Part shown: in pieces, positions 9,460 to 16,956 of the stretch
Position numbering within the stretch: the stretch's first letter is position 1
How the letters are laid out: every line of letters starts with the position of its first letter
Position numbers and translations under genes: made by a program
Virus record (IMG/VR): IMGVR_UViG_3300048579_000441
Span: 1 to 35,286 of that record
DNA: 35,286 nucleotides
Direction: 5' to 3' (one strand)
Origin: a virus
Taxonomy: Duplodnaviria; Caudoviricetes
The notes under the pieces: generated by a model
Databases searched by the model: none
What the model was told of the DNA's origin: nothing
The model's input: only the letters and a program-made list of their open reading frames with translations

Positions 9460-9807
9460 TCAGTGTCTTGGCTTCGTGTTGGTCATACGGCTATGGCAGC
9501 CGAACGCCATGGCACGCCAGTTGCTTCGATCCATTCGCAGATCAGGACGACTGCGCACAGGTTGAATATGATCCACCATGTCAGCCCTTCGACCACATCC
9601 ACACGCACAATAATAGTTCTCGGACTCAAGTAGGAATGCGCGTGATGCCTGTTGCCAATCCTTGTCGTAACCTCGTTTGGACGATGGTGGCCTCTTCGCA
9701 TCGCAGCGTGCTTGATGCTCAATGCGTCTGGCACGTTGATGCGGGCAGGTCTCACCATCTTGGACCTTGCAACCGCAACCAAGAATGCGTGCGGGACGTC
9801 TGGCCAA
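9460..9807 (-). CDS. HNH endonuclease (terminase-associated, HK97 gp74-like)
   Basis: RGYDKDWQ, VDHIQP, DRSNWRAMAFGCHSRMT; TTG start after GAGGGAG. Confidence 0.9.
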   Translation of the reverse strand: MARRPARILGCGCKVQDGETCPHQRARRIEHQARCDAKRPPSSKRGYDKDWQQASRAFLLESENYYCACGCGRRADMVDHIQPVRSRPDLRMDRSNWRAMAFGCHSRMTNTKPRH

Positions 9808-9832
9808 TCCACTCCCTCATCCGGTTAGAAAG

Positions 9833-9987
9833 GACGGGCACATGCTTTCCGAGGTCATGTGCCCGCCAAGTTGGCGCTGCTGCTACCAGGACAGCGCTTC
9901 CAGATTCGACGCGGTGTTGCAGGTCCAAGAGGTCAAACCCGCAACACCGCTCGACACAACACTCTCGGCGATTAGAGAGCGTGAGTC
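9833..9987 (-). ncRNA. Candidate structured RNA (four consecutive hairpins) between capsid and HNH genes
   Basis: Stems at 9959-9982, 9911-9950, 9874-9897 and 9833-9867; imperfections read as G-U on the minus strand. Confidence 0.45.
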
Positions 9988-9994
9988 ATATCCA

Positions 9995-11188
9995 TTAGTC
10001 GGCAACCGCCTTCATTAGGACGATGGCTTCCGCGTTCTTTGGCGCTCCGCCGACACGACGATGCGCCCTAAACTTGACGATGCCGTTGTCCGCACCAGTG
10101 AAGTCGTCGCGCTGAATCGTCAAACCAGTACGATCAACGATCTGATATGCTGAGGCGAAGTCACCGAACGCGATCGGGAACGTGTCTGCCGCAGGGCTGT
10201 CACCGCTCTGCATGTTGTCCATATCAACAGCATCCATGACAGGGCGGCCCATAAAGTTAGCGGGCGTCCCGTTGGCAAGACCATCGCTCCAGAGCAATCC
10301 TTTCGTTGCGTTATCCGCAGCGGCGCGGAGGACGCCTTGGGTGGTGCGATTCATCAACCATGTACCGCGAGACGCATAGGCGGCCGGCAGCTTATAGAAA
10401 AGTTCAATTGCCTTAGCTACGATATCCGAACCATCGTCATCCGCAGAGACCTGAGCGTAATCGGATGGGGTCTTCATAAATCCGGTCGGTTGAGTCGTAC
10501 CGACACCATGCACGAACGCGGTGGCCTCCAGCTTTCCGAACTGTTCGCCAATCTGACCGGCAAGGAAGCCGCTGAGATCAATGAAACTATCCTCAAGAAG
10601 CTGGCGCGATACCGGCACAACAGCCGCCATCTCGAAGGCCTCAATGGGAAGCTGGTCGAAGGCGGGTTCGGTGGTGCCACGCGATCCGGTTTCAGTGACC
10701 CATCCGGCGGTGATCTTTGTCGTCAGAACGGGAAGGTAGACCTTCAGTCCGCCGATCGACATGACCGAGGAAATGGGACGCATCGGAGAGAATTGAGTCA
10801 GCTTCTCGATGATCGTAGTCGCATAGGTCGGTGCCGTTACATAACCACCGGCTGAGGGCGTGCCCCAGTTCAGGGTCTTTCGTTCGGCATCGTCGAGAGC
10901 CGCGAAGCCATCGCGAAGATAATGATTGAAGGCTTTGGTTTCGGCCTCCAGTTGCTCTTCGCTGGTTTCGGCTACGGCACCGGGGCGCTGCGCCTTGGCA
11001 ACAAGCTCATCAAGACGCCGATTCAGTTCGGCGATCTGTTCTTTCTCGATGGCATCGAACTTGCCGTTCTGCTTCGTCTTGAATGCGGCAAACTCCGCAG
11101 CCAGATCGTTGATCGCCTTAGCAACTGGATCATCGTCGCCGGCATCCTTGAAAACGTATTCCAAATCACTCGGATCAATATGCTTCAT
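9995..11188 (-). CDS. Major capsid protein, HK97 fold
   Basis: Coiled-coil delta domain, GGYVTAP, VSRQLLEDS, QPTG, IAFGDF..AY.IVDR, FRAHRRVGG. Confidence 0.96.
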   Translation of the reverse strand: MKHIDPSDLEYVFKDAGDDDPVAKAINDLAAEFAAFKTKQNGKFDAIEKEQIAELNRRLDELVAKAQRPGAVAETSEEQLEAETKAFNHYLRDGFAALDDAERKTLNWGTPSAGGYVTAPTYATTIIEKLTQFSPMRPISSVMSIGGLKVYLPVLTTKITAGWVTETGSRGTTEPAFDQLPIEAFEMAAVVPVSRQLLEDSFIDLSGFLAGQIGEQFGKLEATAFVHGVGTTQPTGFMKTPSDYAQVSADDDGSDIVAKAIELFYKLPAAYASRGTWLMNRTTQGVLRAAADNATKGLLWSDGLANGTPANFMGRPVMDAVDMDNMQSGDSPAADTFPIAFGDFASAYQIVDRTGLTIQRDDFTGADNGIVKFRAHRRVGGAPKNAEAIVLMKAVAD

Positions 11189-11213
11189 CCGAACTTCTCC
11201 ATTTTCTTTTTTG

Positions 11214-11735
11214 TTATGCCCGCAGCGCCTCGGCGGCGCGGTTCAAATCCGAGACGATGCGGGCGGCTCGTTCGGCATCCTTAAAATTCGTGATCGTTGC
11301 ACCGGGATTGGCAGGATTTGAAACGATCGAGATTTCAAACGCATCGATTGACGTGAAGTGGCGTCCTGCTCCACTTGCGTTTCGGCGAAAAGATTTCGGG
11401 ATAAAACCCAAAGATAGAAACCGACTCGCCCCCGATTTGATGAGCGCGGCGACTTCCTTGGCTCGTGCGATCTGATCAATCAGCAATCGACCGCTTACCT
11501 CGAATCCCTTGGCGGTGACCTTCAGGCTGGACCAAACACCGATGGTGTCCTTGCCCTGATGAGCGAACAGCATCGGGAGTGTGGAGCCCTCCAAGTGCTT
11601 GAAGGCTTCTGGTGCAATTGAATCACCGACACGATCCGCCTTGCCATCGAACGGCCATGCCACACCGCTGATTTCGCCGCTATCTTTCAGCTCGAAATCG
11701 GCAGTCGTGAATTTATAGAGACGCTCAGCGCTCAT
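11214..11735 (-). CDS. HK97-family prohead protease (start moved to MSAERL)
   Basis: DRVGD, PMLFAH, IGVW, LSLGF catalytic Ser, EISIVSNPANPGA. Confidence 0.92.
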   Translation of the reverse strand: MSAERLYKFTTADFELKDSGEISGVAWPFDGKADRVGDSIAPEAFKHLEGSTLPMLFAHQGKDTIGVWSSLKVTAKGFEVSGRLLIDQIARAKEVAALIKSGASRFLSLGFIPKSFRRNASGAGRHFTSIDAFEISIVSNPANPGATITNFKDAERAARIVSDLNRAAEALRA

Positions 11736-12954
11736 TGTCGCCACCTTCTTCGGGTGCTTTCGTTGTCGAGGTGTTCGGATTCGCGAAGCTGTTGACCAGC
11801 TCGTTATCGACGGGTTCGAGGTTCTCCCAACGCCGGACCTGAGCGCCGTTAATGGCATTCATTGAACGCAGTTTTGCATAGCCCTCGATACGTTCCTTAT
11901 AGCTCGCTTTAAGAAGCTCTTCGGTGATGAACTCGATATCGTAGGCATCACGTTCGCGATCATTGAATAGCGTCCGCGAATATTGAAAGCTCCACTGCTC
12001 CAGCCACGGCAACAGACATGCAAGCCATTCTCTTCCGGCATGCTCGATGTTGGCCCACTTCATTTCGCCATAGCTCATGAGGATGTGCGGCGGGACGCGG
12101 TACGCTTGGCTGATAAGAAGCGTCTGCAGTCGCCACAATCCTTCAGCATTGCTATCAACAACGGTCTGGGCGCCACCGGCATCGAAATTGACGGGCTCCG
12201 GTAGGACAAGAGCATTCCCCTTTTTCTCGCCACCGGATTGAAGCTTGATGAGCTTCGCGAAGTTACCGATTTCGGTTTCGTTCAGCTTTCTTTGCGGATT
12301 GAGGATGCCACCCGGACGGGCACCATTTTTGAATACAGTGCTGACATGTTCGGCGATCAAGTCGAGAAACGCGGTTGCTTCACGGGCGATGTGAGCCGGA
12401 GGGATGCCACCAAGCGGGCGGATGTGGATGATTTCTTGCCAGCCGTAACGACGCTCGCCACCCTTTTCCAGCGTGGCGAAGTAGGAAGGTTCAGCCGTGG
12501 CCTTATCGATATCGACGCGCACCGATCCGGGATTGAGGCGGTGCATCTCAATCGGCCGGTCATCCACTTTCAAGACAACAGCGAAACCGCCGTTGACATG
12601 CGTCAAGGCATCGCGTGTCACTTCACGGCGAAGATCACTGGCTGATTGCCATGGCGAGGCACGATCATGCACCAGCACGTTAGCCGGGTGATCTGACGGC
12701 CGCTTATCGCCGCCGCCGAGCTTTTCGAAAACCTTTGCGGGGAGAGTCCCGATCGTATCGGCTAGCGCAGTGATCGCACATGCGCTCGTCGGGACGTGAA
12801 GCGGACGCGCCGCTTTACCCGCTGCGGTGGGAGCCGCACCGAACTGTTCGAACAGCCAGTCGGCAGGGTGCTCAAGCCCCGAGGGGGCTTCTTTCGTGAC
12901 GGGCGCGGAGTCGGATTCAGGACTACGAAAAAAACCGAATATCGATTTTAGCAA
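11725..12954 (-). CDS. HK97-family portal protein
   Basis: IGTLP, HPANVLVHDRASPWQ, EIIHIR, FKNGARPGGIL, AYRVPPH, WANIE, VRRWENLEP. Confidence 0.93.
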   Translation of the reverse strand: MLKSIFGFFRSPESDSAPVTKEAPSGLEHPADWLFEQFGAAPTAAGKAARPLHVPTSACAITALADTIGTLPAKVFEKLGGGDKRPSDHPANVLVHDRASPWQSASDLRREVTRDALTHVNGGFAVVLKVDDRPIEMHRLNPGSVRVDIDKATAEPSYFATLEKGGERRYGWQEIIHIRPLGGIPPAHIAREATAFLDLIAEHVSTVFKNGARPGGILNPQRKLNETEIGNFAKLIKLQSGGEKKGNALVLPEPVNFDAGGAQTVVDSNAEGLWRLQTLLISQAYRVPPHILMSYGEMKWANIEHAGREWLACLLPWLEQWSFQYSRTLFNDRERDAYDIEFITEELLKASYKERIEGYAKLRSMNAINGAQVRRWENLEPVDNELVNSFANPNTSTTKAPEEGGDNER

Positions 12955-13089
12955 TATCGCCTTGCTGATTCTGGACGAGCGTCATCATCGCTCGGGCGGC
13001 CCGCTTTGGCGTGGCTCGCGGTTCTTGTTGTTTTTAGGCGTGCGTCGCCCCGCCCCCGATACGGGACGTGCTCGTTACTTGCATATTTT

Positions 13090-13136
13090 CCTAGCGTTGT
13101 CAAGCCCTAGTGGTGTTGTATTTTTGCAACGCTAGG
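13090..13136 (-). promoter_or_regulatory. Putative late-operon promoter/operator
   Basis: Perfect 10-bp inverted repeat CCTAGCGTTG/CAACGCTAGG; minus-strand TTGACA overlaps one arm; upstream of portal. Confidence 0.5.
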
Positions 13137-13179
13137 CATTGTGAAATGGGGACTCCTGGTGCGCGGAGTCGATCTCCGA

Positions 13180-14064
13180 CTAGGCGGCGTGCTTGGCGAA
13201 GATTCTCAACGTCTCGCGCTCACTCTTTTCGGCCTCCAACAAGGCGGCCATGCGCTGTTCCGGCATGTGCTCAGCAATACAACCCTCGACCAATGACCTC
13301 AGAAGGTCCGGCGGGATAGCATCCAACTCGCAAGCATAATCGTATTGCCAGTTCTTATCGGCGCCGGATTTCCGTTTCGGTGCCCGCGTCGGAAGGTTGA
13401 AGGTCTCAATCTGGTCCGGTCTTACCGCGGCGATATGAAAGACAACCTCGACACCGGAATCAGCCGCGAAGCGTTCCAGTTTGCGGCGAATATCGTTGGC
13501 GGCATCAACACCGGCTCTGTCGAAATCGCCGAAATAGTAGACATGGGTCGGAACCTCATACGAGGAGTATTGCTGGACGGCTTCAAATGCGAATGTTTCA
13601 GATGCGAATCCCCGCGTTACCATGAGCGGGACGTCATACTTGCTCGTGACCGGAAGCATGACACCCGCCAAGGCATCCTTCTCGCACCAGATCTCAACCC
13701 TGGTCGGCGCATCGCTCCATAGGGCGCGCCGATAAAGTCTGGCCGTCTCTTCAAGAGCGTCTTGCACTGAATCGTGCGTTCGCGGCTTCCGCATCCACCG
13801 AGTGGAGTCCGCAATCCAATCATACGACAGGTGTCCGTCGCGCCTGAGCTTCAGAACGAGATACTGAACTTTGTTGTAACCGGAATCGGAATCTATCTTG
13901 TCGATACCCGGCAAGCCCGCCACCGTGGCGGCATAATACAGTTGCCGAACCGATACCGGAGCGTGATTGTGGGCATACGCAACCAGAAAGGCGGAACGAT
14001 GCAGCATCTCGTCCGCCGTAGCCCTCTGCCGCTTTATCTGGCTAGCCGGATAAATTTCACTCAA
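13180..14064 (-). CDS. Topoisomerase VI-A/Spo11-like (Mini-A-like) wHTH + TOPRIM protein
   Basis: RQLYY (cf. RDIYY catalytic Tyr motif), CEKDA TOPRIM Glu, GDFDRAG DxD motif, CELDA. Confidence 0.75.
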   Translation of the reverse strand: MSEIYPASQIKRQRATADEMLHRSAFLVAYAHNHAPVSVRQLYYAATVAGLPGIDKIDSDSGYNKVQYLVLKLRRDGHLSYDWIADSTRWMRKPRTHDSVQDALEETARLYRRALWSDAPTRVEIWCEKDALAGVMLPVTSKYDVPLMVTRGFASETFAFEAVQQYSSYEVPTHVYYFGDFDRAGVDAANDIRRKLERFAADSGVEVVFHIAAVRPDQIETFNLPTRAPKRKSGADKNWQYDYACELDAIPPDLLRSLVEGCIAEHMPEQRMAALLEAEKSERETLRIFAKHAA

Positions 14065-14081
14065 TCCAAATCCTTAGAAAA

Positions 14082-14414
14082 TTACGAATGCTCCGGCGGC
14101 GGCAAGGACTCGAAGCTGAAACAATAATCTAGTCCGAGATACGCATCGAAAATTTCCCTATCCCATTTTTTTGCATTCGGAGTGCCATCAACGTACTTGC
14201 CGCGCTCCGTGATAGCTTCCAAAAGCTTCTCTGCCTCCTGTACGCAATATCCGCGCGTTTTGTCCTTGTGCGCGTGTCGGATAAATATCCTTAGGGCATT
14301 CTCGGCTATATCCAATTTCGGCGGGAAATCCTTAGCAAGCGGCGTGAATACGTCCTTCACAATCCGCATGGCTAAGCGTTGCGTATAAGTCCTATCGTTG
14401 ACCACTCCAGTCAT
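14082..14414 (-). CDS. Hypothetical protein
   Basis: ATG with GAGGAGG upstream; in the early operon. Confidence 0.6.
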   Translation of the reverse strand: MTGVVNDRTYTQRLAMRIVKDVFTPLAKDFPPKLDIAENALRIFIRHAHKDKTRGYCVQEAEKLLEAITERGKYVDGTPNAKKWDREIFDAYLGLDYCFSFESLPPPEHS

Positions 14415-14545
14415 TGGCCACTGCCCCTCCTCAGAATCTCTTCCATCGGAATCCTGAATCTATGTGTATCTATTTCAGTGTAAGTATAAGTAAGTGTATG
14501 TATCCAATAATCGGGGACCGGGTTAACCGGAATCCGGTTACCCAC

Positions 14546-15022
14546 CTACCCGGTTTTTGCTAGGGGTTTTGAATTTAGGTCACCAATTTTTGGGGGGCCT
14601 TTTTGCGTCAGCCCTTCGATATGTGGGGTGCGCGCTTTCCTCCTACGGGCTTCGGCGCGCATCTCTCGCTTGGCGATTCTGATATCGAGCATCCCGTTCA
14701 CGTTCACTGGTGACATCCTGAACGTGTACGTTGACCCTCGGTTGCGGCGCGAGACTTCCAGCCATTTTGTTTCGACGAGCACTTTTCGAACATCGCTGAT
14801 CGTTGTGGTACTCATACCCGTCTCGTCCGAGACCGTGCCATCAGACACAAAGGTGATTCCAGTCTCCCAGTTGATCCGGAGCGCAATATATAGCGCATAG
14901 ACGCGCGCTGATGCTGAAAGCCGCCGGTCGAGAACCATGGCGTCCAGCCAAAGTAGCTTTTCTGTCGTGAACTTAGAGCGCGCGGCCTTTTCTTCTGCGC
15001 TGTATTCTCGACTTTTCTTCAC
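14546..15022 (-). CDS. HTH replication initiator-like protein
   Basis: DRRLSASAR...ALRINWETG..F.S..T.S.ETGMS...I....K.L....WL winged-HTH pattern typical of satellite/phage Rep; followed by an AT-rich palindromic region. Confidence 0.7.
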   Translation of the reverse strand: MKKSREYSAEEKAARSKFTTEKLLWLDAMVLDRRLSASARVYALYIALRINWETGITFVSDGTVSDETGMSTTTISDVRKVLVETKWLEVSRRNRGSTYTFRMSPVNVNGMLDIRIAKREMRAEARRRKARTPHIEGLTQKGPPKIGDLNSKPLAKTG

Positions 15023-15297
15023 GCCCGATCCTGATCACGCTGGAGAGTCCAGACGCAATGACGAATGGCGCGCTCAAGAGCCGCGACATCTTTTTCCGCC
15101 ATGGCAGCCGGGATGCCGCGACGCGCATGAGATTCACGGAGTCGCCGAATAGCGTATTCAATTGTCGGCTCTGGATCGCGCGCCGCTGCGGCACGACGAG
15201 CAGTGCTTTCGATCACGTCACGACGCCGGACGGCGGGGAAGACGGCAACCTTCTCTGGCGGCTGCCAGTCGAAGAGAGGCAAGCTTGTCGCGGCCAC
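15019..15297 (-). CDS. DUF6074-like protein
   Basis: LPLFDW..P..V..FP..RR pattern common in rhizobial prophage early regions. Confidence 0.6.
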   Translation of the reverse strand: MAATSLPLFDWQPPEKVAVFPAVRRRDVIESTARRAAAARDPEPTIEYAIRRLRESHARRGIPAAMAEKDVAALERAIRHCVWTLQRDQDRA

Positions 15298-15473
15298 TCA
15301 AAACCCTCATTTAGCTCGATTGGTAGGCTTGCGTTGTAATTGCTCAGCACGCGGCACCGCCTGCCGCCACGCCAGCGATTTCCCGGCCTTGGCGTCACAG
15401 AATTCGCGATCGGTTATGGCGCGCGCGAATTCGTTACGGCGCGGGCGTTTCTTGCGTTGGCGTTTAATCTTGG

Positions 15474-15671
15474 TCAGGCGGCTGCCTGACGGCTCGCAAT
15501 CCAGTCAACGATGCTGGCGCGCGTCCAGCGCCTTGCTTTAGATGTGACAGCGATCGGTTTTGGAAAGTCGCCCGCAGCAATCAGGCGATAAATCGTGGCT
15601 TTTGAAATTCCGAGATTCGACTCAACTTGATGAAGATCGAGCAATAGCGTTTCCGTCTCTTGTCGTTTCAA
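15474..15671 (-). CDS. alpA: AlpA-family transcriptional regulator/excisionase
   Basis: LGISKATIYRLIAAGDFPKPI...RRW....I.DWI signature. Confidence 0.9.
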   Translation of the reverse strand: MKRQETETLLLDLHQVESNLGISKATIYRLIAAGDFPKPIAVTSKARRWTRASIVDWIASRQAAA

Positions 15672-15747
15672 CGTGTTCCTATGACCGCTAGAGAGAATTC
15701 GCGGTTATAGTAGTTGGTCGCCCGAGTCAATAAAAATCGACGAAATA

Positions 15748-16956
15748 TTATTTCGTTTTTGCGGCGTGCAACTGGACTACGTTTCCAGTGGTCCCCTCGC
15801 AGAAATCCGTCCATGCCCTCATCAGGCCCCGCCGCTTCTCAAGTGCCGTGGCCCGACGATACGCCGCCTCCGTCGCGTCTCTAATCTGATGCGCCAGCGC
15901 GGCCTCAGCCACATCGCGGTCAAAGCTAGTTTCGTCGCCGCACCAGTCCCTGAAAGAACTCCGGAAGCCGTGGACCGTATAGTCCGATCCGCCTGCCCTA
16001 CGCAGCGCCATTGCGAGCGCCATTACCGACATCGGTTCGCCGACACGGCGGCCGGGGAACACGAACTTGTCCCCGTCCCTACGTTCCTTTTTCACCGCCT
16101 CCAGAATCTCCAAACACCGATCCGTCAACGGCACCTTGTGTTCCCGCCCCGCCTTCATCCGCTCCAGCGGCACCGTCCATAGCTTCCCATCAATATCGAA
16201 CTCGGACTCCTTCGCCCCCATGGTCTCTCCAGACCGGGCCGCCGTTAGGATCGTGAATTCAAGCGCGAGGTTCGACACGCTTACAGGCATCGCCCGAAGC
16301 TTCGAAATGAAGTCCGGGATGTCCGCATATGGCATCGCGGCATGATGACCCCGGCTCAGTTTCTTGCGCTTCCCAAGAAGGGTTTCGAGGTGTCCGCGCC
16401 AGCGGGCCGGGTTGTCGTCTCGGCGGTGGCCCTTGGCCTTCGCGGCATCAATCACCCGTTCGATACGCATCCGGACTCGTGATGCCGTTTCGGGTTTGGT
16501 TAGCCAGATCGGTTTCAAGACGCGCAGGACATCTTCGGTAGATAGATCGGCCACGCTAATGGCGCGAATAGATTTGCAGTAGTGCGAAAGCGTCATGCGC
16601 CACTGCTCGCGATGCTTAGGATTCCGCCATGTCGGCTCCAGCGCCGCAATCAGATCGTCCGCCGCCTCGCCGAAGGTCGGAACTGGATCGCCCCTCTTCC
16701 TTGCCTCCGAAGGATGCTTTCCATCCTCAATGGCTTCGCGCATCGCCTTGGCTTTAGCGCGGGCTTGGGCCAGCGAAACGACCCGCGCCGATCCCAAACC
16801 GAGTTCGATTTTCTTACCGCGCCAGCGGGTGAGGAAGACCCAGCGGCGGCCACCATTCTCTGAGATCGAAAGGTATAAGCCGCCGCCGTCAGCGTGACGG
16901 CCGGGCTCGGTTGCGGTCGTGATGTAACGCGCAGATAGTCGGTTTAATTCCAGCAT
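15748..16956 (-). CDS. int: P4-like tyrosine integrase with arm-binding domain (start moved to MLELNRL)
   Basis: DGGGLYL arm-binding domain, AARSGE, RMKAGREH, HGFRSSFRDW, LAH, AYRR catalytic residues. Confidence 0.95.
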   Translation of the reverse strand: MLELNRLSARYITTATEPGRHADGGGLYLSISENGGRRWVFLTRWRGKKIELGLGSARVVSLAQARAKAKAMREAIEDGKHPSEARKRGDPVPTFGEAADDLIAALEPTWRNPKHREQWRMTLSHYCKSIRAISVADLSTEDVLRVLKPIWLTKPETASRVRMRIERVIDAAKAKGHRRDDNPARWRGHLETLLGKRKKLSRGHHAAMPYADIPDFISKLRAMPVSVSNLALEFTILTAARSGETMGAKESEFDIDGKLWTVPLERMKAGREHKVPLTDRCLEILEAVKKERRDGDKFVFPGRRVGEPMSVMALAMALRRAGGSDYTVHGFRSSFRDWCGDETSFDRDVAEAALAHQIRDATEAAYRRATALEKRRGLMRAWTDFCEGTTGNVVQLHAAKTK

